A stretch of DNA of 64,000 nt from Alphaproteobacteria bacterium (lineage in GTDB: Bacteria > Pseudomonadota > Alphaproteobacteria > Reyranellales > Reyranellaceae): assembly GCA_019635875.1 (NCBI GenBank), contig JAHBYP010000008.1, positions 108,455 to 172,454 of the forward strand, given 5' to 3'. Positions 53,015 to 61,165 of this stretch are shown in pieces. Position numbers and translations under genes: made by a program. The notes below the pieces were generated by a model. That model ran no database searches and was not told where the DNA came from. It worked only from the letters and a program-made list of their open reading frames with translations. The first letter of the stretch is position 1, and every line of letters starts with the position of its first letter.

Positions 53015-54088
53015 ATGATGAAATTTGTGGCGATCAGCCTGACCGCGGCGCTGACCCTCGTGCCGCCGCTGAGCGCCCTCGCCCAGCAGACGCCACCCGG
53101 CCCGCCACGTATCGCCCCCGCGCCTCCAGCGGCGAAACCACCCGGTCCTGCGCCCGCTCCGGCGCCTGCTGCGGCATCCACCGCGCCGCGCGCAGCTCAG
53201 CTGCCTGACTGGTTCAAGGAGATCGACACAGCCAACACTGGCGTCGTCACTCGCGAGCAATTCATCGCCCACCGCATGAAGCTCTTCGACCAGCTCGACG
53301 CCAACAAGGATGGCGTGCTGGCCAAGGAGGAGTTCCTCAAGCTGGCGGAGCCGCCGTTCACCCCGGAGGGGCCGAATCTCCCGCCGCTGGACCAGCGCAA
53401 GTCGGTCTTCGAGAAGCAGTTCGAAGCCATCGACACCGACGCCGACGGCAAGCTGACGCGCGCCGAGGTGCAGGCCTATATCGCGCTGGGCTTTCGCGAG
53501 TTCGACATCGATATGGACGGGCGCGCGACGCGCGAGGAGGTCTTGCTGGTGGTCCGCCAGGCGCAGCAGCGACAGGACGAGATCGACAGGGCCATCGCCG
53601 AGCGCAACCGGAACAACCCCGACCGCAATGGCGACGGCGTGATCGATCCGGACGAATTCGTCGCGTTCGAGACCGCTCGCATGCTGGAACTCGACACCAA
53701 CAAGGACGGCAAGATCAACCTGCAGGAGTGGCTGGTGCTCGCCGGCGCGGCGAACCAGAACCCGCCGGGGCAGCCGACCTACCAGCAGCGCCGCGAAGCG
53801 CTCACCAGGCGCTTCCAGGAGATCGACACCAACAAGGACGGGCAGCTCGACCAGACCGAGATCCGCGCCATGGCGCTGGCGCTGTTCAAGCGTATCGATC
53901 TCGACGGTAACGGCAAGATCACGCCGCAGGAATGGCAGACCGCCAATACGCCGCAGCCGCCTGCGGCAGCGCCGAAGGCGGCACCCAGGCCCGCGCCCGC
54001 CGCCCAGCCGCGCCCGGCGCCGGCACCGCGTCCCGCGCCGGCACCCGGCCCGGGCGGGTTGCAGCCTGGCGTGCCGCTGGGCCGCTGA
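53015..54088 (+). CDS. Secreted multi-EF-hand calcium-binding protein (about 8 loops) with Pro-rich N- and C-terminal tails, paralog 1
   Basis: The signal peptide is MMKFVAISLTAALTLVPPLSALAQQ. Repeated D.(N/D).(D/N)G.....E loops include DANKDGVLAKEE, DTDADGKLTRAE, DIDMDGRATREE, DTNKDGKINLQE, DTNKDGQLDQTE and DLDGNGKITPQE. The tail is Pro/Ala-rich. Confidence 0.8.
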   Translation: MMKFVAISLTAALTLVPPLSALAQQTPPGPPRIAPAPPAAKPPGPAPAPAPAAASTAPRAAQLPDWFKEIDTANTGVVTREQFIAHRMKLFDQLDANKDGVLAKEEFLKLAEPPFTPEGPNLPPLDQRKSVFEKQFEAIDTDADGKLTRAEVQAYIALGFREFDIDMDGRATREEVLLVVRQAQQRQDEIDRAIAERNRNNPDRNGDGVIDPDEFVAFETARMLELDTNKDGKINLQEWLVLAGAANQNPPGQPTYQQRREALTRRFQEIDTNKDGQLDQTEIRAMALALFKRIDLDGNGKITPQEWQTANTPQPPAAAPKAAPRPAPAAQPRPAPAPRPAPAPGPGGLQPGVPLGR

Positions 54089-54158
54089 ACCACCAGGGAG
54101 GACGCAGCTGATCGGACCTACGACGAGGCTTCTGACGGCGATCGCCGCGGCGCTGCCA

Positions 54159-55124
54159 TTGCTGCAATCGCCGGCATCCGGGCAGCAGCCGGCGGAGCAG
54201 CGGCGTGCGGTGCAACTGCCGCCCTGGTTCTCGGAGATCGATACCGCCAACGCGGGCGTCGTCTCCCGCGAGCAGTTCATCGCCCATAGACTGAAGGTCT
54301 TCGAGCAGCTCGATGTGGACAAGGACGGCCAGCTGAGCCGGTTGGAGTTCATCAAGCTGGCCGAGCCGCCCTTCGCTCCGGCGCCGCCGGACGCCGAAAC
54401 CCTGGTCGGCCTTCGCGCCGTCTACGATCGGCAGTTCAGCGCCATCGACACCAACGACGACGGCAAGGTGAGCAAGGCGGAGTTCCAGGTCTCCGCGGCG
54501 CTGAGCTTCCGCGAAGTCGACCTCGATGGCGACGGCCGGGCCACGCGCGAGGAAGTGATGCTGGTCGAGCGCCTCGCCGAGGATGCGCGGAAGAAGGCGC
54601 GGGACGCGCATTGCCGCACGAACGTCGACTGCAACGGCGACGGCGTGATCGATCTCGAGGAGTTCGTCGGCTACGAGACCGCCCGTCTCATGGAGCGGCT
54701 CGATCAGGACAATGACGGCAGGATCACCCTGCAATCATTCCTCGCGCTCGCCGGATCGCCGGCCAACGTCCCGGGTCAGCCGACCTACCAGCAGCGGCGC
54801 GAGCAGGTGACCCAGCGCTTCAACGAAATCGATGCCGACAAGAACGGCGTGATCGACGCCGGCGAGATCCGCGCCTGGGCAACCGCCGTCTTCAAGCGCC
54901 TGGATCTGGATGGCGACGGCAAGCTCAACCCGTCGGAATGGCTGATCGCCAACACGCCGCAGAGCGAGACGCCGCCGCCGCCGAAGCCGCCGGCGACGAC
55001 TCCCAAGCAGCCGCCCACCGCGGGCAAGCCGCAAGCCAAGCCCGCCCCTGGACCGGTCAGGGCGCCGCCGCCCCCGCCACCACCACCACGTGGCGGCCTG
55101 CAACCGGGCACGCCGCTGAAATAG
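54159..55124 (+). CDS. Secreted multi-EF-hand calcium-binding protein, paralog 2 (true start probably upstream)
   Basis: It has the same loop organisation as paralog 1 (DVDKDGQLSRLE, DTNDDGKVSKAE, DLDGDGRATREE, DQDNDGRITLQS, DADKNGVIDAGE, DLDGDGKLNPSE) and a poly-Pro tail. The in-frame upstream codons encode a signal-peptide-like LIGPTTRLLTAIAAALPLL. Confidence 0.75.
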   Translation: MLQSPASGQQPAEQRRAVQLPPWFSEIDTANAGVVSREQFIAHRLKVFEQLDVDKDGQLSRLEFIKLAEPPFAPAPPDAETLVGLRAVYDRQFSAIDTNDDGKVSKAEFQVSAALSFREVDLDGDGRATREEVMLVERLAEDARKKARDAHCRTNVDCNGDGVIDLEEFVGYETARLMERLDQDNDGRITLQSFLALAGSPANVPGQPTYQQRREQVTQRFNEIDADKNGVIDAGEIRAWATAVFKRLDLDGDGKLNPSEWLIANTPQSETPPPPKPPATTPKQPPTAGKPQAKPAPGPVRAPPPPPPPPRGGLQPGTPLK

Positions 55125-55157
55125 GCCGGCGGCGATCCTGCCGCGGCCGGCCGGCCA

Positions 55158-55952
55158 TCACGTCGCCGATCGTCGGCCGGGCGCTGGGTGGATCCGGAGC
55201 CGGGCGCCCAGCTTCACGTTTGCGCGAGCCTCCAGCCCGAGCCATGCCTGCAGCTGCGGCGAGAGCCCGGCGAGCGTTTCCGGCGACAGGCTGACGTTCC
55301 AGTTCTGCTGCTGGCGAACGAACGAGCGCGAATAGTAGCCGAACAGCAACGCGCGCTCGCGCGAGCTGGAGACGTTGGCGCCCGAGGTGTGCCAGACACG
55401 GCCGTCCATGACGACGATCGACCCCGCCGGCGCCTCGAACGCTACGGTCCTCTCGGCGGCGTTCTCCGGAAGCTCCGACACCGTGCGGATCCGGTGGCTG
55501 CCCGGGATGTAGCGCGTGGCGCCGTTTTCCTCGTCGACGTCGTTGAGGCACCAGATGACGTTGACGCTCCAGGGCTGCAGCCATGGCTCCGGCACGACAA
55601 TGCCCTGGTCGGAGTGCAGCTCCATCGACTTGCTTCCGGGCAGCGCGATATTCGCGGTGAAGTTGGAGATCAGGAAGTCGCTGGTCAGCAGCGCGGTGAC
55701 GAGCTCGATGGCCGTCGGATGCTGGATGAGCTCGCGGAAGATCGCGTCGCGCTCGAGCAGGTAGAAGACGCGCACATTGTGCTCGTTGGGATCCAGCCCG
55801 ATCTGGCGCGTCGGCACGCCAAGCCGCTCGCTTTCCTCCGCCGCCTGCCACAGTCTTTCGCGGACCAGATCCGTCTCGGTTGGCGAGAGGACGCCAGGCA
55901 CGACGCAGAATCCGTTGTCGAGCAGCTCACGCTTCTTGGCTTCGAGGTCCAT
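55158..55952 (-). CDS. Phytanoyl-CoA dioxygenase (PhyH) family Fe(II)/2-oxoglutarate oxygenase
   Basis: The protein shows LLDNGFCVVPGVL, then the facial triad region MELHSDQG ... GSIVVMDGRVWHTSGAN. The ATG at 55952 is preceded by GGAGGG. Confidence 0.8.
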   Translation of the reverse strand: MDLEAKKRELLDNGFCVVPGVLSPTETDLVRERLWQAAEESERLGVPTRQIGLDPNEHNVRVFYLLERDAIFRELIQHPTAIELVTALLTSDFLISNFTANIALPGSKSMELHSDQGIVVPEPWLQPWSVNVIWCLNDVDEENGATRYIPGSHRIRTVSELPENAAERTVAFEAPAGSIVVMDGRVWHTSGANVSSSRERALLFGYYSRSFVRQQQNWNVSLSPETLAGLSPQLQAWLGLEARANVKLGARLRIHPAPGRRSAT

Positions 55953-55966
55953 GTCACCCTCCAAGG

Positions 55967-57790
55967 CTACTCGACCGTGACGCTCTTGGCGAGGTTGCGC
56001 GGCTGGTCGATGTCGGTGCCCTTGGCCAGCGCCGTGTAGTACGCCAGCAACTGCACGGCGACGCTATAGAGGATCGGCGCCACGATCGGATCGATGTCGG
56101 GCACGGCGATCGAGGTCTCGGCCTTGGCGCCCAGCCGCGCGACGCCCCGGGCGTCGCTCAGCAGCACCAGCTTGCCGCCGCGCGCGCGCACCTGCTCGAA
56201 ATTCGAGGCGATCTTGTCGAAGATCGAGTCGCTGGGCGCCACGACCACGACCGGCACGGCATCGTCGATCAGCGCGATCGGCCCGTGCTTCATCTCGCCG
56301 CCGGCATAACCCTCGGCGTGGATGTAGCTGAGCTCCTTGAGCTTCAGCGCGCCCTCGAGCGCGACGGGGAAGGACGAGCCGCGGCCGAGATAGAGCACGT
56401 CGCGCGCCGCGGCGAGGGTGTTCTCGGCGATGCGGCGGTAGTCGGCCTCCATGTTGAGCGTCTCGTTGATGCGCGCCGGCAGCTCGATCATCGCCAGGGC
56501 GAGCTTCTCCTCCTGCTCGCGGTCGAGCCTGCCGCGCGCGCGACCGGCGGCGATCGCGGCGCCGAGCAGCACGACGAGCTGCGTCGTGAAGGCCTTGGTC
56601 GAGGCGACGCCGATCTCCGGCCCGGCGAGCGTCGGCAGCACGGCGTGCGAGAGCCGCGCGATGGCGCTTTCCGGCACGTTCACGACCGACAGCAGGATCT
56701 GCTTCTGCGATCTGGCGTAGCGCAGCGCCTCGAGCGTGTCGATGGTCTCGCCCGACTGCGAGACGGCGATGCACACGCCGCCCTCCGGCAGCGGCGGCTC
56801 GCGATAGCGGAACTCCGAGGCGACCTCGATCTCGACCGGCAGGCGGGCCAGCTTCTCGAACCAGTACTTGGCGATCATGCAGGCGTAGAACGCCGTGCCG
56901 CAGGCCGTCATGGTCACGCGACTGACCTTGGTCCAGTCGAGCGGCATCGCCGGCGCGCGCACGGAGCGCGTCGCCGGGTCGAGGTAGGATTGCAGCGTGT
57001 CACCGACCACCGCCGGCTGCTCGTAGATCTCCTTCAGCATGAAGTGCTGATGGTTGCCCTTGCCGATCAGCGCCCCCGACAACCCGCTCTTCTTCTCCGG
57101 TCGCTCGACCGGCGTCGCGCCCTGGTAGACCGTGCAGCCGGTCGCGTTCAGCACCACCCAGTCGTCGTCCTCAAGATACGTCACGCGGCTGGTGAAGGGT
57201 GCCAGCGCCAGGGCGTCGGTGCCGACATACATTTCGCCGTCGCCGTGGCCGACCGCCAGCGAGCTGCCGCGCCGCGCGCCCATCAGGATGTCGTGGCGGC
57301 CGCTGAACATGGCGACCAGCGCGAAGGCTCCCTTGAGGCGCTCCATCGCCTTGCCCATCGCCGCCTCGGGCGACATCTGGCGCTCGAGATAGGATGTCAG
57401 CAGCTGCGCCACCGCCTCGGTGTCGGTGTCGGTGTCGAAGCGGCGGCCTTCGGCCACCAGCTCGTCCTTGAGCTCCTGGAAGTTCTCGATGATGCCGTTG
57501 TGCACGATGGCGACGCGATCGGTGGCGATCGGGTGCGCGTTGCGCTCCGAGGGCTTGCCGTGCGTCGCCCAGCGTGTGTGGCCGATGCCGATCGTGCCGG
57601 GCAGCGGCTCGGCCTTCAGCCGCGCCTCGAGGTTCACCAGCTTGCCCTCGGCGCGGCGGCGATCGATGTGGCCGTTGATCAGGGTGGCGACGCCGGCCGA
57701 GTCGTAGCCGCGATACTCGAGGCGCTTGAGCGCGTCGAGAAGCAGGGGCGTGACCGGTGCCTTGCCGATGATGCCGATGATGCCGCACAT
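55967..57790 (-). CDS. glmS: Glutamine--fructose-6-phosphate aminotransferase (isomerising)
   Basis: The N-terminus is MCGIIGIIG with the Ntn Cys. Two SIS domains follow and the protein ends LAKSVTVE. It is 607 aa long. The track ORF (692 aa) is over-extended. Confidence 0.96.
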   Translation of the reverse strand: MCGIIGIIGKAPVTPLLLDALKRLEYRGYDSAGVATLINGHIDRRRAEGKLVNLEARLKAEPLPGTIGIGHTRWATHGKPSERNAHPIATDRVAIVHNGIIENFQELKDELVAEGRRFDTDTDTEAVAQLLTSYLERQMSPEAAMGKAMERLKGAFALVAMFSGRHDILMGARRGSSLAVGHGDGEMYVGTDALALAPFTSRVTYLEDDDWVVLNATGCTVYQGATPVERPEKKSGLSGALIGKGNHQHFMLKEIYEQPAVVGDTLQSYLDPATRSVRAPAMPLDWTKVSRVTMTACGTAFYACMIAKYWFEKLARLPVEIEVASEFRYREPPLPEGGVCIAVSQSGETIDTLEALRYARSQKQILLSVVNVPESAIARLSHAVLPTLAGPEIGVASTKAFTTQLVVLLGAAIAAGRARGRLDREQEEKLALAMIELPARINETLNMEADYRRIAENTLAAARDVLYLGRGSSFPVALEGALKLKELSYIHAEGYAGGEMKHGPIALIDDAVPVVVVAPSDSIFDKIASNFEQVRARGGKLVLLSDARGVARLGAKAETSIAVPDIDPIVAPILYSVAVQLLAYYTALAKGTDIDQPRNLAKSVTVE

Positions 57791-57804
57791 CGTGAGGGGT
57801 CCTT

Positions 57805-59166
57805 TCAGGCCTTGCGGTTCTTCATCGCCGGGTCGGCGGCGCGTGCCTTGAGCTTGGCGCGCATGACCGGGGCGGTGCCCGGCTTGTCGTCCTGGCGTGC
57901 ACGGCCGAAGGCCACCGTGTCGTCGGCGACGTCGCTCGTGATCACGCTGCCGGCGGCGACGTTGGCGCGATCGCCGACGCGCACGGGCGCGACCAGCGCG
58001 GCGTTCGAGCCGACGAAGGCATCGGCGCCGACCACCGTGCGCCACTTGCCGAAGCCGTCGTAGTTCACGCAGATCACGCCGGCGCCGATATTGCTGCGCG
58101 CGCCGATGTCGGCGTCGCCGAGATAGGCGAGATGGTTGGCCTTCACGCCCTCGCCCAGGGTGGCGTTCTTGACCTCGACGAAATTGCCGATATGCGCGGC
58201 GCGGCCGATCCGGCTGCCCGGCCGCACGCGCGCGTAGGGCCCGACGATGGCGTCGTCGCCGATCTCGGCGCCCTCGATATGGCAGAACGCCTTGATCTCC
58301 ACCCGATCGCCGACGCGCACGCCCGGGCCGAACACGGCGTTGGGCTCGATGCGCACGTCGCGGCCCAGCACCGTATCGGCGCTCAGCCAGACCGACGACG
58401 GGTCGATCATCGTCACGCCGCCCTCCATCGCCCGCCGGCGCAGGCGGTCCTGCATCGCCGCCTCGACTGCCGCCAGCTCGGCGCGCGAGTTGACGCCCAG
58501 GACCTCGACCTCCGGCGCCTCGACTGCCACGCAGCGCCTGCCATCGGCGCGGGCGTGCTCGATCAGGTCGGTGACGTAGTACTCGCCCTGCGCATTGGTC
58601 GGCCGCAGCCGCTCCAGCAGGCCGGGCAGCGACGCGCCGTCGAAGGCCATCACGCCGGAATTCACCAGGTCGATCTCCAGCTGCTCCGGCGTGCAGTCGC
58701 GCGCCTCGACGATCTTCAGCGGCTCACCGGCCGCGTCGCAGACCAGACGTCCGTAAGGTGCCGGATCGGCCGCCCGGAAACCCAGGACGGCGACGGCGGC
58801 ATTGGCCGCGCGGCGCGCCTCGGCCAGCCGACGCGTCGTGTCGGCGCTCAGCAACGGCGTATCGCCGAGCACCACCAGCACCTCGCCACCGGCGGGCAGC
58901 GCCGGCAGGGCCGTCATCACCGCATGGCCGGTGCCCTTGGGCGGATCCTGCACGACGGTCGGGCACGGCGCGACGGCACGGCCGACCGCCTCGTGCCCGG
59001 CGCCGACCACGACCACGATGGTCGAGGGCTCCAGGGCGCGCACCGCGGCGACCACGTGATTGATCATCGGCACGCCCGCGACGCGGTGCAGCACCTTGGG
59101 CAGGTCCGAGTTCATCCGCTTGCCGGCGCCCGCCGCCAGCACGACGACAGAGAGGGTCAGGGGCAT
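57805..59166 (-). CDS. glmU: Bifunctional UDP-N-acetylglucosamine pyrophosphorylase / glucosamine-1-phosphate N-acetyltransferase
   Basis: The N-terminus is LSVVVLAAGAGKRMNSDLPKVLH. The C-terminus has left-handed beta-helix hexapeptide repeats. The start is re-set to 59166. Confidence 0.94.
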   Translation of the reverse strand: MPLTLSVVVLAAGAGKRMNSDLPKVLHRVAGVPMINHVVAAVRALEPSTIVVVVGAGHEAVGRAVAPCPTVVQDPPKGTGHAVMTALPALPAGGEVLVVLGDTPLLSADTTRRLAEARRAANAAVAVLGFRAADPAPYGRLVCDAAGEPLKIVEARDCTPEQLEIDLVNSGVMAFDGASLPGLLERLRPTNAQGEYYVTDLIEHARADGRRCVAVEAPEVEVLGVNSRAELAAVEAAMQDRLRRRAMEGGVTMIDPSSVWLSADTVLGRDVRIEPNAVFGPGVRVGDRVEIKAFCHIEGAEIGDDAIVGPYARVRPGSRIGRAAHIGNFVEVKNATLGEGVKANHLAYLGDADIGARSNIGAGVICVNYDGFGKWRTVVGADAFVGSNAALVAPVRVGDRANVAAGSVITSDVADDTVAFGRARQDDKPGTAPVMRAKLKARAADPAMKNRKA

Positions 59167-59266
59167 CGATCCCGTGTTGGTTGGCCCGCCGCGGCGGGCG
59201 GCGCCCAGACTAGCATGCAGGCGCCCCCTTGCCATCGATCATCCCCTGCCGCAAGAGAAGCGGCGC

Positions 59267-59965
59267 ATGCCGCTGGACCTCGCCACCTTTCCCTTCCGCA
59301 CCATCGTCTTCGACCTCGACGGCACCCTGATCGACAGCGCCCGCGACGTCGGCGACGCGGTCAATCGCGTGCTGGCCGAGCATGGTCTGGAGCCGCTCGA
59401 CGAGGCGACCATGCGCTCGCTGATGGGCGAAGGCGGCCGGGTCCGCACCCGCAAGGCTTTCGCGCTGCGCGGCGTGAGCCTCGACGACGCCGCGCTGTCG
59501 GCGCGGGTGCGCGACTTCGTGCGCCACTATGGCGAGAGGCCGGTGGTGCATACCCGCGTCTATGACGGGGTCGCCGAAACCCTGGATGCGCTGGCGGCAT
59601 CCGGCGTCCGCCTGGCGGTGTGCACCAACAAGTACGAGGATTCGGCCCGCGACGTGCTGCGCCGCCTCGGGCTGATGGCGGCGATCAGCGACGTCGCGGG
59701 CGCCGACACCTTCGACGTGCGCAAGCCCGACCCCGGCCATATCCTGCAGCTGCTGGCCCGCATGGGCGCCGATCGGGCGGATGCGGCCATGGTCGGCGAC
59801 TCGGCGCACGACGTGCATGCCGGGCGGCGCGCCGGCCTGCCGACCGTGGCGGTGTCGTGGGGCTACACCGAGACGCCGGCGCATCTTCTGGGCGCCGACG
59901 CCGTCGTCGAGCACTTCACCGACATCCCGGCCGCCCTGGCCCGCCTGCGGCCGCCGAAGCCCTAG
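59267..59965 (+). CDS. gph: HAD-family phosphoglycolate phosphatase-like hydrolase
   Basis: The protein shows IVFDLDGTLIDS (DxDGT), VCTNK and MVGDSAHDVHAGRRAG. The start is re-set to the ATG at 59267. Confidence 0.8.
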   Translation: MPLDLATFPFRTIVFDLDGTLIDSARDVGDAVNRVLAEHGLEPLDEATMRSLMGEGGRVRTRKAFALRGVSLDDAALSARVRDFVRHYGERPVVHTRVYDGVAETLDALAASGVRLAVCTNKYEDSARDVLRRLGLMAAISDVAGADTFDVRKPDPGHILQLLARMGADRADAAMVGDSAHDVHAGRRAGLPTVAVSWGYTETPAHLLGADAVVEHFTDIPAALARLRPPKP

Positions 59966-60002
59966 ACAGCGGCCGCCGGGCACCCTATACCGCGCCTCCA
60001 TC

Positions 60003-60077
60003 GGGCGCGTAGCTCAGCGGGAGAGCACACCCTTCACACGGGTGGGGTCGTAGGTTCAATCCCTACCGCGCCCACCA
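60003..60077 (+). tRNA. tRNA-Val (anticodon CAC)
   Basis: It folds by hand into a perfect cloverleaf. The acceptor stem is gggcgcg/cgcgccc and the D stem is gctc/gagc. The anticodon stem is caccc/gggtg with loop ttCACac. The T stem is gtagg/cctac with loop ttcaatc. The discriminator is A and CCA is encoded. Confidence 0.93.
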
Positions 60078-60111
60078 TTGCCCGGCGCCTCACAGCCTAC
60101 CGAATCGTGCC

Positions 60112-60507
60112 TTGCCCATCACCCTGACCGTGTCGCATTCCGAACGCATCGTGATCGCCACCGGCACGGGCGAGGTCACGCTCGCCGACCTGATCGGTTT
60201 CGCCAAGGACATCTTCCAGGCCGGCGTCCTGTCCTATCCGCGGATCATCGACCTCTCGCACGCCACGTTGTCGCTGAAGGCCACCGAGATCCGCAACATC
60301 GCACAGGGCGTCTCGGCCGCAACCTCGAACGGCACGCTGGGCCAGATCGGCGCGGTCGCCTTTATCGCCAGGTCGGATGAGGTACGCGAGATGACGCTGC
60401 TGTTCGCCGACCGGACGGCTCAGTCCGACCGTCCGCTCCGGGTCTGCGCCAGCATGGCGGAGGCGCGCGACTGGATCGCCAGCCTGGAACGCGACAAAGC
60501 GTCGTAG
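60112..60507 (+). CDS. Hypothetical protein (131 aa; possibly STAS/SpoIIAA-like, unverified)
   Basis: Strong GC3 bias throughout supports coding. It has a TTG start and no clear RBS. No diagnostic motif was recognised. Confidence 0.55.
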   Translation: MPITLTVSHSERIVIATGTGEVTLADLIGFAKDIFQAGVLSYPRIIDLSHATLSLKATEIRNIAQGVSAATSNGTLGQIGAVAFIARSDEVREMTLLFADRTAQSDRPLRVCASMAEARDWIASLERDKAS

Positions 60508-60508
60508 T

Positions 60509-60745
60509 CTAACGCACGACATTCACCTCGCCAGGCACGCGGCTGCCGGTGAAGGGGTTGGCGTTGCGGGCGAAGTCGGCCGAACTGGACGGCAGGCCGA
60601 TGTCATCCTGCTGCTTGCTCGTGACGGGATAGCTGGGCGCGTCCTTGTAGCGCGAGCCGGCCGGCATGGTCTGGTTGAGCAGCCAGGTGGAGTCGCCCTG
60701 GAGCGCGTACGTTCCGGCGAACGCCACGCCTTCCCTGGAACGCAA
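60509..60745 (-). CDS. Small hypothetical ORF or gene remnant
   Basis: It shows good GC3 codon bias and a diverse composition (W, Y, K, N, F). However, it has a TTG start, no signal peptide, no RBS and no recognisable family. Confidence 0.3.
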   Translation of the reverse strand: MRSREGVAFAGTYALQGDSTWLLNQTMPAGSRYKDAPSYPVTSKQQDDIGLPSSSADFARNANPFTGSRVPGEVNVVR

Positions 60746-60822
60746 AGACCCGCCTTGCCGGTCAGGACCGGCGCGGCGGGTCGGAACGGGACGCTACTCG
60801 ACTGCGCTTGCTGATCCGCTTC

Positions 60823-60845
60823 GGCGGCGACATCGGCTCGCCGCC
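60823..60845 (-). terminator. Hairpin immediately downstream of the flp pilin gene
   Basis: The stem is ggcggcga/tcgccgcc with a 7-nt loop. It lies 8 nt beyond the stop. There is no clear U-tract. Confidence 0.35.
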
Positions 60846-60852
60846 GGATGGG

Positions 60853-61017
60853 CTAGTTCAGGCTGTTGGCGGTGTTGCTCATCATCTCGCTGAGCTTGGT
60901 GCCGACCGTCGAGAAGGCGGTGATGGCGGCGACCGAGATCAGCGCGGCGATCAGGCCGTACTCGATGGCGGTGGCGCCGGACTCGTCCTTGATGATCTTG
61001 CGAATGACCGAAAACAT
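60853..61017 (-). CDS. flp: Flp/Fap family type IVb pilin
   Basis: The protein reads MFSVIRKIIKDESGATAIEYGLIAALISVAAITAFSTVG. The G/ATAIEYGLI processing motif plus a hydrophobic helix is diagnostic. It is 54 aa long. AGGAG lies upstream of the ATG at 61017. Confidence 0.8.
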   Translation of the reverse strand: MFSVIRKIIKDESGATAIEYGLIAALISVAAITAFSTVGTKLSEMMSNTANSLN

Positions 61018-61165
61018 GAGCTTGGCTCCTATCTGCGTGGCGACAAATGCGAACGGTACGCCGGGACTTGAAACAGCCCGGCTTGCGATCCGGGACGGGC
61101 GCATTTGACACGCAGGTAGGTGCAGAGGGAATCACAGAACGGTCCGAGTTGAACCGATCGCGGCC

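Noticed and set aside
57791-57804. A glmS ribozyme or other riboswitch upstream of glmS.
   Set aside because: Only a 14-nt spacer separates glmU and glmS, and the glmS ribozyme is a Gram-positive feature. No room or motif is present.
60003-61165. An integrated genomic island or prophage at tRNA-Val.
   Set aside because: I saw no integrase, no excisionase or phage genes, and no direct repeat of the tRNA 3' end within the window. Only a weak remnant hypothesis is retained.
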